Below are positions 36,937-48,668 of a stretch of DNA of 64,000 bases, one piece after another (positions within the stretch are counted from its first letter, which is position 1; each line of letters opens with the position of its first letter). This DNA comes from Acidobacteriota bacterium (lineage in GTDB: Bacteria; Acidobacteriota; UBA890; WLXD01). Both the position numbers and the translations under genes were made by a program. The notes beneath the pieces are model-generated. The model was given only the letters and a program-made list of their open reading frames with translations, did no database searches and was not told where the DNA came from. Location: contig CBDBHB010000009.1 in NCBI GenBank assembly GCA_965205505.1, positions 2,272,001 through 2,336,000 of the forward strand, written 5' to 3'.

Positions 36937-39762
36937 GCCTATCGCGGCGGTCGGGCACGTCGCGGCCGCATCCCGCCGGCGCCCCGGCCTGCCGCGCCCC
37001 GCGTGTGTCCCGCGTGCTGTTGGCCATGGCGCTCAGGCCCGCCGACCGGCGCTTTGCGCTCGATGATCTCGACGAAGAGATGCAGATGCGCGCAATGCAG
37101 GACGGTACGGTCCTGGCGCGGCGCTGGTACCGGCGCCAGACGCTTCAGTCTTTGCTCCCCCTGGTTCGACTGCGGGTTCTCGGCACTCGATTCGGCAAAC
37201 ACCACTCACGAGATGTCCGCAAACCATGGGGAAGTAGGATGCTCAATTTTCTCGGTGATCTTCGGCTTTCGATTCGGACCCTGGCGAAGGTGCCGGTTGT
37301 CGTCATCGTCACGGTGCTGTCGCTCGGCTTCGGCATCGCCCTCGCTACGACCATCTTCACGATGGCCAACACCTTCCTGCTTCGATCCCCTACCGGCGCG
37401 AGTGGTGATCTTCATGGCCTGGTCGCGGTTTATACGAGCCAGGCCGGCGGCAGTGCCCACGGGGAAACGTCGTTTCCGGATTATTTGAGCATGGCCGAGC
37501 GGATCGATGCGCTCGGCGAGGCCAGCCCCCTCGACGAAATCCTCGCGTTTCGGGAGGGCATGGTGCGGATGGAGGTCGGCAACGACCAAGAGGAGAGCTT
37601 GCGGGTGGAGATCGTCACCGGCAATTACTTCGACGTGCTTTCCATCCGGCCACCACTGGGGCGCGCTTTCCTCCCCGAGGAGACGCTGGTGGGAAGCGCC
37701 GAGCCAGTGGCGGTGATCAGCCACCAGATGTGGCGCCACCGCTTCGGCGCGGACCCCGCGGTCCTGGGCGAGTCCATGGCGCTCGACGGCATCGCCTTTA
37801 CGATCGTCGGTGTCGCACCGGAGGGGATGACGAGCCTCGCGCTACCTCTCGAGATCGACGCCTGGCTGCCGCTCGGAATTCCCGGCGGCACCTACTGGGC
37901 CACGCCCCGCGAGCACGCCGATCGCGACGACCGCGAGTACGGCGTCATGGGCCGCCTGCGCGCCGGAGCCACGATCGAGCGAACGCAGGCCCAATTCGAT
38001 CTGCTTGCCGACGCGCTGCACTCCGAGTTCGACGCGGTCTGGGAAGACGACCTCGGCAGGCCACGCCGCCTGACCGTTCTTTCGGAGCGTGGCTCCCGCG
38101 TACCGCCCGGTATTCTGGTTGGCTTCGCAGCCTTGACGCTGATGATCTCCGGGAGGATCCTGTTCATCGCCTGCTCCAACGTCGCCGGCATGTTCCTGGC
38201 GCGGGCCGATCAACGCGCCTGCGAGATGGCCGTGCGCTTGGCGCTCGGCGCCAGCCGCCGTCGGCTCGTGCGCCTGCTGCGGACCGAAAGATTGGTGTTG
38301 GGGCTGGTAAGCGGGGCATTCGGCGTCGCGCTGGCGCACCAAGCAGTGCGGTGGGCGGGGAGGATGCCGTTTCTTCCCGTGGGCCTGGCCCTGAAGTTCG
38401 ACTTCAGCCTCGACTACCGCGTGCTGCTGTTCGCGGTGTTCACCTCGGTGGCAACGAGCGTCGTTTTCGGTCTTGCCCCGGCGCTGGAAGCGTCGAAGCC
38501 GAGCCTCACGCCATCGCTCAAGACCGTTACCGGCGCTACCGGCCCGCGGCCCGGCCGTTTTGGGCTGCGCAACCTGTTGGTCATGGGGCAGTTTGCGGTC
38601 TCGCTCGTGTTCCTGGTCAGCGCCGGCCTGGTGGTGCGCACGATGCAGATCACCTCAGCCACGGACCTCGGCGTGAACCCCGCTCGCATCGCCTCGATGA
38701 CGAAGTGGCTCGACGAGCAGGAGTACGCTGCGCCGGCGGCGCAAGATTACTTCGACCAGGTGGAAACGCAGTTGATGACGCTTCCCGGCGTAGAAGCCGT
38801 GCACTCCACGTTGACGGCCGAAGCGTCGCTTGTCGCTTCGGTGTTCCGCTTGCAGGTCGAGGTCGACGGCCACGATACCCCGCAGGGGGAGCGCTCGATG
38901 GCGTCGTACAACGCGGTAACGCCCGGCTACATGGAGATGCTCGGCATCGAGATGCTGCGCGGTCGAACGATCGCCGCCGCTGACGAGGTGGGCAGCCGCC
39001 GAGTCGCGATCGTCAACGAGGCTTTCGCCGACCGTTACTGGCCCGAAGCCGGCCCGATGGGGCGCCAGTTCCGCATCGTGGGGCGGCGTGGCGTGCGCGG
39101 TCCGATGCCGCACGAGGCGCAGGCGGTCGAGATTGTCGGCGTGGCGCGCAACGCTTCGTATGCGGGGTTCGGCAGCGATCAGAGTCCGTTCGTCTGGCTG
39201 GCGATTGCTCAGGACCACGCGCCGTATCGTTTTTTGCATGTGAAAAGCCGATCGAGCGCCGAGGCGGCGGTGATGATTCTGGCCCGCGAGGTGCCGGTGG
39301 CGCGGGGTGAGCTGCCGCTCATCCAACCGACGACCTACGAGGAGCTGATCAACCTCCCCTTCATGATCATGGCCGCGGCGTCGCGGGCGATCGGCTACTG
39401 CGGTGCATTTGCCCTGTTGCTGGCGGCGATCGGCATCTATGGCATCGTCTCGTTCGCGGTCGGCCAGCGGCGCCACGAGATGACGATACGGCAGGCAGTC
39501 GGCGCCATGCCACAGCAGGTTCATCCGGCTCATCCTGCGCGATGGAATGTTCTCGGCCGCGTGCGGCCTGGTGGCCGGCCTCGTGATCATGCTGCCGATC
39601 ACGAGGTTGCTGGCAACGCAGCTGCCGGAGCTCAGCCCGTTCGATCCACTGGCCGTGCTGGGAAGCGTTGCCGTGCTTACAACGGTTGCCCTGGTGGCCA
39701 CGCTGATTCCGGCGCGTCGCGTCATCCGGCTGGACGCGATGAACATTCTGCGTGAGGAATGA
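36933..39762 (+). pseudogene. ADOP/MacB-type duplicated ABC permease, frameshifted near 39520
   Basis: GTG start overlaps PadR TGA; DLRLSIRTL.K.P, VTGNYFDVL..RP.LGRAF, IACSNVA, RLALGASR; the C-terminal ATLIPARRVIRLD part is in another frame (39547-39762). Confidence 0.85.
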
Positions 39763-39862
39763 GGGGCGGGAACTCGCGAGAGGCGGTCACAGATGCCGCA
39801 GACCTACCGTCTTAGCCCCTGCGAGAATCAAGAACACCTTCCATTGTCGGCGACGATAGTAT

Positions 39863-39896
39863 ATATCCACTGATGGTTATATCCACCGTCGGATAT
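39863..39896. promoter_or_regulatory. Putative PadR operator (tandem imperfect palindromes)
   Basis: ATATCC-actgat-GGTTAT (39863-39880) and ATATCC-accgtc-GGATAT (39879-39896), AT-rich, just upstream of the second permease. Confidence 0.55.
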
Positions 39897-39910
39897 TCTA
39901 GTGGAGATCG

Positions 39911-42579
39911 ATGAGCCGTTCCGGTCGTCTCTATCGTGCCTTGGTGCGCATTTGCTCCCGGGGTCTGCGCGAGGAATACGGCGATTACATGGTCGCGGCC
40001 TTCGATGCCATGGTCGCGGAGCATCGTGCGGCCGGGCAATCCCTTCCATTGATGCGCGCTTGGGCGCGGGCTTTGGCGGATCTGCTCGTCGTTGTACCGC
40101 GCGAGCGACTCGACCAGGCTCGGCAACTCCCCGCCCGAGGCAGGACACCGATGGAAGCCAGACTGCGGGACGTTCGTTTCGCCGGCAAAAGTCTGGGACG
40201 CCAGCCCATGTTCACCGTGGTGGCCGTCTTGACAGTGGCGATCGGTGTCGGCGCCACTACGACCATCTTCAGCGTCGCCAACGGGCTGCTCTTGCGGGTG
40301 CCCGCGGGGGTGCGCGACCAGGAGCGCCTGGTGTCGGTGCACCGCCTCTCCCAGGATGGCTCGAGCTTCCACTCGTTCGGCATCCCGCTGTACCGGGCCA
40401 TGGCCTCCAGCGGCGGCGACCCGGTACAACTCGGAGCCTTCGACACCTTCGTCGGCGGGCTGGTGGTCGACGATACGTCGTTCCGCTTCCAGGGATCGTT
40501 GGTGTCGGCCAACTACCTGCAGATGGTGGGCGTCCGCCCGGCGCTCGGGCGCTTCTTCCATTCCGAGGAGGACACCGTCCCGGGGCGCGACCTGGTCGTC
40601 GTCATCTCGCACCGGCTCTGGCAGGAGCGCTTCGGCGGCGAGCCGGACGTCATCGGGCGCCAGATTCAGCTCAATGGCTCCGGGTTCACGGTGATCGGGG
40701 TCACCGAGCCCGGCTTCGAGGGTCACGTGGTGATCTTCGTCATGGACCTGTGGGTGCCGATCTCGGCGCAGGGCGTTGTGTTCGCGCGCCCGGATTTGTC
40801 GGATGAGTCGGCGCGCACGTCGGTCGAGGCCGTCGGGCGTCTGGCGCCCGGGGCCAGTGTCGAGCAGGCGCGCGCCGCGCTCGATGCGGTGGCCTTCTCG
40901 TTTCTCGAGGATCGCGAGCAGGAATGGCACGGTGTCGACGTCTATCCCTACTCGCCGTTGTTTCAGGCGCTGCGCACGCCGGTTGTCGCCTTCCTGGCCG
41001 CGCTCTTCGTGGTTGCCGGCGTGCTGCTGGCGATCACCTCGGTCAACGTGGCCAGCATGATGCTGTCGCGAGGCGCGGCACGCGGCCGTGAAGTCGGCAT
41101 ACGACTGGCCATGGGCGCCACGCGTGGACGGGTGGTCGCGCAGCTGCTGACCGAGAGCATCGTGCTCTTCATGCTCGGCGGAGGACTCGGTGTGCTGATG
41201 GCCTTTTGGGCCACCGGTCTTCTGGCCGGCTTCGGACTACCTATCCCGATCGATCTCGACCTCAGCTTCCGGCCCGATATGCGGGTGCTGGGCTTCGCCC
41301 TGGCGGTTTCGACGCTGACCGGTGCGATCTTCGGCCTGTCGTCGGCGTTGCACGCCACGCGCGGCGACTTGGTCTCGGCGCTGAAGGAGGGCTGGTCGCA
41401 ACCGCGTGGGCGGCAGCGACTGCGTGGCGCGCTGGTCGTCGCCCAGGTCGCCGGCTGTGCCGTGTTGTTGGTGGCGGCGGGCCTGCGCGCTCGCTGGCCC
41501 GTGCCGGCTCGGTCGACTTGGGGCTCGATCCATCGGGGGTGCTTGCCGTCATGGTGGACACGGGCTCCGCCGGGCGTACCACCGAGGAAAGCCGTCAATT
41601 CTTCACCAGGCTTCTGGAAGAGGCGCGGCAGACCGCTGGAGTCAACAGCGTCGGCTTGATCGATGTGCCACCGCTTACCGGTAGCAACCAGCAATCGATC
41701 GCCGTGCTGCCCGATCGACCGGCCGTGCGTGGGGACGGTCTGCGGCGGATCGAGTACGCGCGGATTACTCCGGGCTACCTCGAGACGATGCGCATCTCGC
41801 TGTTGTCGGGGCGCGACTTCGACTCGCGTGACGTCGACGGCTCGCCGGGCGTGGCAATCGTCAACGCGACGTTTGCCAACCAGGCCTTCGGACGCACCGA
41901 CGTGATCGGCCAGCATTTCGGCCTCGGCAGCAGCACCGAGCCCCTCGATGTAGAGATCGTCGCGGTGACCCAAGACAGCAAGATCCGCAGCGCCGGCGAT
42001 CAAGCGCGGTCGCTGGTCTATGTTCCGTGGGCCAAGTCGGGCGACCGCAATATGACCATGGTACTGCGCTCCCGCGACCCGGCATTGGCCTCGGTGCTGC
42101 GCGCGAAGATCCATCAGATGGATGCGGCGCTGACACCCCCGATGCTGTTGCCATACTCGGAGCTGGTCGGGCTGGGGTTGCTGCCGGGAAAGCTGGCCGC
42201 CGCGCTAGCCACGGGTTTCGGAGCGATCGGATTGCTGTTGGCCGCGGTGGGTCTGTACGGAGTCCTGGCCTGCTCGGTCGTGCAACGAACCCGCGAGATC
42301 GGCATCCGCATGGCGCTCGGTGCCGAGCACCGTCAGGTACAGCGATTGGTGATTCGCGAGGGCCTGCGACTGACGGGGATCGGTCTCGTTGTGGGACTCG
42401 TACTCGCGGTCGGCATGGGGATGTTGCTGCGCGTGGTCCTGTTCGGTATCAGCCCGGTGGACCCGCTTACCTACGGCGCCATCGGGGTCGTGCTGTTGGT
42501 GGTTGCGGCATCAGCCTGCTGGCTGCCGGCACGTCGCGCCGCGACCACCGACCCGGTGGTCGCACTGCGGATGGAATGA
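39911..42579 (+). pseudogene. ADOP/MacB-type duplicated ABC permease, frameshifted near 41485
   Basis: LREEYGD prefix, RDVRFA..SL.RQPMF, VSANY, REVGIRLAMGA, LVVAQVA, then +frame ARSL...REIGIRMALGA...WLPARRAATTDPVVALRME. Confidence 0.87.
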
Positions 42580-42601
42580 CTCAAGGAGCGAGTAGGTGAC
42601 G

Positions 42602-42931
42602 ATGGCGCAAGAGTCGAGCCCACTGCCGGAGCCGCTGCGCCCGCTGGTGTTCCGGATCCTGTTGCTACTCAACGAGTCGGAGCGGCATGGCTACGGGATC
42701 ATGAAGGAGGTCAACGCGCGCGCCGGCCGTAGCCTGATCGTGGGCCCGGCGACACTCTACCGGACCCTGAAGCAGCTGCGCGACGACGGGTTGATCAGCG
42801 AGAAGGTAACGGGCGACGACAGACGGCGGGTCTATCACCTGACCGCGGCCGGGCGCAGCGCGGCCAGAGCCGAAGCCGAGCGCATGTCGGTACTCGTAGA
42901 CCGGGCGCGAGCGGGCCGCTTGATCGGGTAG
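42602..42931 (+). CDS. PadR family transcriptional regulator
   Basis: FRILLLL, RHGYGIMKEV, GPATLYRTL, RRRVYHLTAAGR. Confidence 0.92.
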   Translation: MAQESSPLPEPLRPLVFRILLLLNESERHGYGIMKEVNARAGRSLIVGPATLYRTLKQLRDDGLISEKVTGDDRRRVYHLTAAGRSAARAEAERMSVLVDRARAGRLIG

Positions 42932-42991
42932 CCACTTGGCAGCGGAGGGGCGTGATCTCGTCGTAGTTCCTGCAGGCGTTCGATTGTGCGA

Positions 42992-43087
42992 TCAGTCCGT
43001 GCTCAGCGCCGTGACGGGATCAACTCGAGTTGCGCGTCGGGCGGGAACCCAGGCCGCCGCGAAGACGGCGGCGGTGATCACGGTGAA
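42992..43087 (-). pseudogene. Isolated 3'-terminal remnant of a third ADOP/MacB permease
   Basis: Hand translation FTVITAAVFAAAWVPARRATRVDPVTALSTD* matches the permease C-terminal motif seen in the two neighbouring genes. Confidence 0.75.
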
Positions 43088-43355
43088 TCGAAAGTGGGCT
43101 AGCGACGCCTAGCGCCCTTGTCAGCCTCGGTTGACAGTTGTCGTCCGTCGGGAGTACCAACTGCGTCATGCGGCCTATCGGGGTGCTCTTTGTGTCAGTC
43201 TCGTTGACCACGGCCCGCAGCGGTTCGGTGCAGCGAGGATGAACTATGTGCTTCGTGTCCGGGCAGAACTGGGATGCCGACGATTGCAGTTCAGGTGATC
43301 AATATTGCTGGACGAATTGGTACGTACCAGTGTCCGTTTCAGGACGAGGGATGCC

Positions 43356-45344
43356 ATGACGAGACTGAATTGCTGCGCCGCGATGGTGGCAGCCCTGTGC
43401 CTGATGTCGATGCCGGCGGTCGGTCAGCAAGGCGGGTCGAGCACCGGTACCGAGAACGGTTAATGGCGTCACTGGGGCGGCGATACCTTCAGCACACGCT
43501 ACTCGCCGCTCGACCAGATCAACGCCGACAACTTCGAAGATCTCGAGGTCGCCTGGGTTTGGCGCGGCGACAACTACGGCCCCTCGGTGGACAACATCAT
43601 GCGCTCCACCCCGATCTACGCGAACGGCGTGCTCTACACCGTTGCCGGTCAGCGCCGCACCGTTGTCGCCATCGACCCGGCCACCGGCGAGACGTTGTGG
43701 ATCTACCGCGAGCCCTACACGCCGCGCTGGGAAGACTCGATGCGGAAGAACTACGGCAAAGGCGTCGGGTACGCCAACATCGATCGCCGCGGTGTGATCT
43801 ACATGATCTCGCCCGGCTTCTTCTTGCACGCGCTCGACGCCGTCACCGGACAGCCGATCGAGCAGTTCGGCGACGAGGGCACGGTCGACCTGCTGGCCGA
43901 CTTCGGGTATGAGTACGACGCCTACGAGGGCCTGCCCAAGGAGACCGGCTACATCACCAACTCGTCGTCGCCGATGGTGGTCAACGACGTGGTGGTGGTG
44001 GGTAACTCGCACGAGCAGGGGTACCTGCAGACCCGCCGCGAGAACGTGCCCGGCCACATGCTGGCGTATGACGCGCGTTCTGGGGAGCATCTGTGGAAGT
44101 TCAACGTCATCCCGCAGCCCGGTGAGTTCGGCCACGAGACCTGGGAAAGCGATGCCTGGTCGTACACCGGCAACGTCTCGGCGTGGGCACCGATGGCCGC
44201 CGACCCCGAGCTCGGGCTGGTGTACGTCGTCACCGACCCGCCGACCAACGACTACTGGGGCGGCTTCCATCCCGGCGACAACCTTTTCAGCACTTCCATC
44301 ATCGCCATCGACATCAAGACGGGTGAGCGTCGCTGGCACTTCCAGACCGTGCACCACGACATCTGGAACTACGACAACCCCACCGCGCCGAACCTCGTCG
44401 ACATCACCGTCGACGGCAAGAAAATCCCGGCGCTGGTACAAACGACCAAGCAGGGCTTTGCCTACGTGCTCAACCGTGAGACCGGCGAGCCGGTGTGGCC
44501 GATCGAAGAGCGCCCGGTGCCGGCATCGAAGATCCCCGGTGAGCAGACGTCGCCCACGCAGCCGTTCCCAACAAGGCCGGCGGCGTACGAGATGCAGGGC
44601 ATCACCGAGGACGACCTGATCGATTTCACCCCGGAGCTGCGGCAGGCAGCGGTCGAGATGCTCAGCGAATTCGAGCTCGGTCCGCTGTTCAACCCGCCGC
44701 TGCACCGCGACAACGACCTCGGCCTCAAGGCCTCGTTGACCTGCCCCGGTGAGGACGGCGGCACCAATATTATGGGAGGCGCAGCGGTCGACCCAGAGAC
44801 CCATATTCTTTACGTCGCCTCGTGGAAGAGCTGCTCCGCGCAATTTCTGATCGCCGGCATCGAGGCAGATGCCAGCGATCCCAACCCGATCGGCAGGACC
44901 GTCATGGCGTGGGCGAACGGACCGTACGTCGGGCCCGGTCGAGTGCAAGGATTGCGCTACCTCAAGCCGCCCTACGGTCGGATCACCGCGATCGATCTGA
45001 ACACCGGCGAGCACCTGTGGTGGATCCCCAACGGCGATACCCCCGACGAGATCACCCACCATCCGGCGCTGCAGGGCCTCGACATCCCCAACACCGGCAA
45101 GCGCTCACACGCCACCAAGGTGGTGACCAAGACGCTGCTGATTTACGCCGAGGGCCGCCGCGGCGCTCCACTGCTGCACGCGGTCGACAAGCGCACCGGC
45201 GAGCGGCTCGGTACGGTGGATATCCCGGCACCGAGCAACCAGGTGCCGATGACCTATATGCACGAGGGCAAGCAATACATCGTGCTGCCGATAGGCGGGC
45301 CAGCGCACTCCGGTTCGCTCGCCGCCGTGGCGCTGCCGGACTAG
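43356..45344 (+). pseudogene. PQQ-dependent (quinoprotein glucose-type) dehydrogenase with in-frame TAA at 43461-43463
   Basis: Signal peptide from ATG 43356; ENG*WRHWGGD..STRYSPLDQIN; PGDNLFSTS, WHFQTVHHDIWNYD, PVWPIEERPVP, KPPYGRITAIDL. Confidence 0.88.
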
Positions 45345-45630
45345 CTAGCAGGCCGCGGTGACCAGGATGTTCCTAAAGTAGACGCTGCTCTCGTCGTCGT
45401 AGTTCTGCAAGCCGGCGGGCTTCCTGCTCGAAGCGGGCGAGGCGCTCGGGGTCGGAGGCGAACTCGGCGGGCAGCGGGGGGCAGCCGCTCACCGGCGTGA
45501 GCTTCATGCGGTGGAGGTTACTCATACGAACTGCGGGTGGACCGGGAACGGATCCGGCTCGTCACAACCGAGAGCAGTTTTCGAGCAGGGGCCACCAGAT
45601 CCGAAGAAGAGCACTAAGGGGGAATGTAAC

Positions 45631-47001
45631 CTAGAAGCCGGAAACCAGGTCGTCGATGACCGTCGCGAGGGCGACGTCGATGCCCGGTTCAACGGCTTGC
45701 TCCAGGAGGCGTTTCCGACCGTTCAACTCCTTCGTGATGACGCTGACATGGCGGCCCATGGCCATGAATTGACCGACGAGGCCCGGCCGGCCTCTCAATG
45801 CCCCTCCCAACGTCCAGGTGAGAAGCTTGGATACGGGAAAGGCATCGTAGGGCGAGAGCCGGTGCTCGAAGGTGGCCGCCATACGGCTCTTGTACTCTGG
45901 TATTTCATTCACTCGAGAGAACACAAGACATTGGAGTTCGGTGGGTGGGGCAGCTGCTCCCTCGTCGCGCCCGAAGAAGTGATAAGGGATCCCGGCCACA
46001 TCCCGCGCCCGCCACCACTGGACCAGGGCCTGGTCGGTCCCGACCGTGATCGCCACGGCGAGACTCCGCGCCTGGAGGAGCGCCTCAGTAATACTGTCCC
46101 CGATGAGCCAGTCTTTGTGGTGGCCGGCATCGCCGACCAGAACCCAGCCGGGACCAGTAGCGGTCCGGAAGAAGTGACGTTCGCTGATGGTCCCGCGAAC
46201 GCGTCCGTCAAGATGAGTTCCATCGATCAATGGGCCGATAACCGGGTCCGACTCGAGGTCGGCCCGTAGCGCGGCCTCCGGGTCCTCCCGCCATGACGCG
46301 ATGCGATCAAGCGGCGGGGCGCTCGAGATGAGGAGCTGGTCTTTGTCCGTCGGGAAAATGAGCCGACAGTCGCCATCCGTGTTCGCCACGTACATATCGA
46401 ACGGGTACGCTGAGTCCGTCCTCCAGAAGGCCGGCGCCTCCCACTAACCCCAGTAGGCTGCTCTGGGGGCGTCCCACGCGAGGTATTCGTCAGCTCCGAC
46501 GAGACTCGCGATGGTCGAATGTCGCCCATCGGCCCCCACCACGAGTCGTGCACGAACCGTGTACTGCTGCTCGTTGGTCTCGGCCCTTAGTCCGACAACG
46601 CGCCCGTCCTCTTCCAGAAGTGCCGTGGCGCGGGTCCGATCCCGCAACTCCGCTCCAGCAGCGACGGCCGCGTCCTGTAGGAAACCGTCCAGCCGATAGC
46701 GCCGCGGACAGTACTCAGCCCGCCCTTCGGCAAACTGCATGTCGACGAAGGCGTTGTTCTTACGGAGCCGGACCACGTGGTTTGCCGGCGATTCCTCGCG
46801 CACTGCAGTACCAACACCCAGCTCATCGAGCACGTCGATACCAGGCGGATGAATGGTGTGGGTCGATAGGACTTGATCGCTCGGCAACGGGTCCTTGTCC
46901 AGCAGGAGCACGGAAGTACCGGCGCGGCTGAGCAGTGTCGCGAGCGACGCGCCGGCACATCGCGCGCCGACGATGACGACATCATATTCAGCAGCGCTCA
47001 T
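45631..47001 (-). pseudogene. FAD-dependent oxidoreductase (geranylgeranyl reductase/halogenase-like) with in-frame TAG at 46444-46446
   Basis: YDVVIVGARCAG, ARLVVGADGRHS, GPGWVLVGDAGHHKD; both ORF halves are in the same frame across YWG*WEA. Confidence 0.85.
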
Positions 47002-47086
47002 CCGTCCTCCTTGCCTCTTGGCGGTTTACGTTGTCGAACCACTCTGGACGATGGCATCACGGCCCAGCCGTAAGTCCGACCTTCCC

Positions 47087-47182
47087 CGTAGGGGCCTAGT
47101 TTGGTGCCAGCTTCCATAGGCTCCCGAGGCAGGGTGGGTGAGCGCCTGAAGCCTATCGTCAGCGCGGACGAGATCCAACGGG
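47087..47182 (-). repeat. Copy A of Ser/Thr kinase promoter/5'-end unit
   Basis: CGTAGGGGCCTAGTTTGGTGCC...CAGGGTGGGTGAGCGCCTGAAGCCTATCG...CGAGATCCAACGG matches 51309-51403; encodes MEAGTKLGPY. Confidence 0.85.
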
Positions 47183-47224
47183 GCGGGTGTCGGCAGCGTT
47201 CCAGCATCCCCGTCGACCGATGAG

Positions 47225-47374
47225 GGCGCAGAATCGTGCCAATCGAAGCGGGTCTCGCCCGAGCTGGAAGCGGCTCGCACCGTCCGCCCGGCCGCAGTCA
47301 AGAGATCACAGACCCGCCGGCCCGTCTTGCCGCTGGCTCCGGAGTACTAGTGTGGTCGCTGTGGTCTGAGACAT
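47225..47374 (-). pseudogene. Truncated, frameshifted NmrA-family NAD(P)-binding protein 5' remnant
   Basis: GGAGG RBS then MSQTTATTLVL/GASGKTGRRVCDLLTAAGRTVRAASSSGETRFDWHD (one extra base); divergent from AraC. Confidence 0.75.
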
Positions 47375-47489
47375 CTGTGTCCTCCGTTTGGTTTGGCTCA
47401 TGTCAGCCACCCGAGCAGTGTGTGCGCGGGGTTCGAGACGATCCATGGCTCAGATGCTCAACTTCATGTGCGGTGTCTATGCTTCGCAT

Positions 47490-48551
47490 ATGGATCCCTT
47501 CGTCGGTCTACTCGATGGGCCACGCGCCCGCGGCGCCTTCGCTCTCCGCATCCTCATGAGTCCGCCGTGGTCGTTACGAGTCCTCGCCGAGTCGCCGCTG
47601 ACCGTGCTCGCGATCGTGAAGGGCGGAGCGTGGGTGATACCTGACGAAGGCGATCCCGTCCGTCTCGGCGTCGGTGATATCGCCGTTACCCGCGGCCCTG
47701 ACCACTACGACGTCGCGGCCGAGCCCTCCTGCCCTCCTGACGTCGTGATCCACCCCGACCAGCACTGCCGATCTCTGGACGGGCGGCCGCTGGACGAGGA
47801 GATGTCGCTCGGCGTGCGGACATGGGGCAACGACCCTGACGGCTCCACCGTGATGCTCGTGGGTGCGTACGAGTCGATAGGCGACATCAGCGACCGCCTG
47901 CTGCGCGTGCTCCCACCCGTATTGTCGCTCTCGAATGAACATTGGGACTCGCCACTGGTTTCGCTGCTGTGCGACGAAGTCGTCAAGGATGCGCCCGGTC
48001 AGGCGGCGGTACTTGACCGCTTGATCGATCTTCTGCTCATACAGGTTCTGCGAACCTGGTTCGCCCGCCCGGAGGCCGCCGCGCCGGAGTGGTACAAGTC
48101 CCAAGGCGATCCGATCGTCGGACGCGTACTGCGGATCATGCACAGTGACCCTGCCCATCGATGGACGGTCGCAAGCCTGGCAGCCGAGACGAGCGTTTCA
48201 CGGGCCGCGTTGGCGCGACGATTTCACCAGGTCGTGGGCGAGCCGCCGATGACTTTTCTCACCGGGTGGCGACTTGCCCTCGCCGCCGACCTGCTGTGCG
48301 AACCGGATGCCACCGTGGGTTCGGTGGCGGATCAGGTGGGCTACAGCAGCCCGTTCGCGCTCAGCACGGCCTTCAAGCGGGTGCGTGGCGTCAGCCCGCA
48401 GGAGCATCGCGCCGTCGCCCTGTCTCAGCCTCTCTCCAAGACGTCTCCACGACCGGGATCCTCTCCAGTAGATTCCGGACGACTTGACCCTGCCCCACTT
48501 TCCCGGACACTTGGGAAGCCGGGCAGGATCGCTGGCGAAGTCCTCCGGTAG
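47490..48551 (+). CDS. AraC family regulator with cupin_6 domain (C-terminus probably extended by adjacent rearrangement)
   Basis: [64 protein letters not shown]. Confidence 0.9.
   Translation: MDPFVGLLDGPRARGAFALRILMSPPWSLRVLAESPLTVLAIVKGGAWVIPDEGDPVRLGVGDIAVTRGPDHYDVAAEPSCPPDVVIHPDQHCRSLDGRPLDEEMSLGVRTWGNDPDGSTVMLVGAYESIGDISDRLLRVLPPVLSLSNEHWDSPLVSLLCDEVVKDAPGQAAVLDRLIDLLLIQVLRTWFARPEAAAPEWYKSQGDPIVGRVLRIMHSDPAHRWTVASLAAETSVSRAALARRFHQVVGEPPMTFLTGWRLALAADLLCEPDATVGSVADQVGYSSPFALSTAFKRVRGVSPQEHRAVALSQPLSKTSPRPGSSPVDSGRLDPAPLSRTLGKPGRIAGEVLR
48485..48512. mobile_element. Solitary IS3-like terminal inverted repeat remnant
   Basis: TGACCCTGCCCCACTTTCCCGGACACTT resembles the right IR of the IS at 52218-53488 (TGACCTGCCCCAAGTGTTGAGGCCACTT) and sits exactly where the kinase remnant stops. 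Confidence 0.5.
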
Positions 48552-48668
48552 CACTTTGATGGCGACATTACGATCCAGCGTTGTATCGCGTGCTCGGTAC
48601 ACCTGTCCCATGCCGCCTTCACCGAGCGGGGACAGGATCTCGTAGTGGCCGAGCGTTTTGCCGATCAT
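48513..48668 (-). pseudogene. Truncated Ser/Thr kinase 5' remnant
   Basis: [51 protein letters not shown] then similarity ends; ATG overlaps the stop of the upstream kinase (TGATG). Confidence 0.88.

Noticed and set aside
43299-45062. Long antisense ORFs (e.g. 43299-45062, 57726-59096, 5494-6477, 3364-4047)
   Set aside because: Shadows of strongly codon-biased high-GC genes on the opposite strand; no motifs
42954-45412. Short similarity TCTCGTCGTAGTTC(C)TGCA at ~42956 and ~45390 flanking the PQQ gene
   Set aside because: Only ~18 bp with indels; could be chance in high-GC DNA, too weak to call a target duplication
45515-45566. Possible IS end (GTGGACCGGGAACGGATCCGGCTCGTCA)
   Set aside because: No partner inverted repeat or transposase remnant recognised
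45511-46269. 252-aa plus-strand ORF
   Set aside because: Antisense to the FAD oxidoreductase C-terminal half, which carries the recognisable motifs
24268-46446. Three in-frame stops inside otherwise intact genes (TAA 24268, TAA 43461, TAG 46444) suggesting stop-codon recoding
   Set aside because: They replace different expected residues (Tyr, Glu/Gln, Tyr) with different stop codons, each one substitution from a sense codon; TAA and TAG terminate many normal genes here; no suppressor tRNA seen
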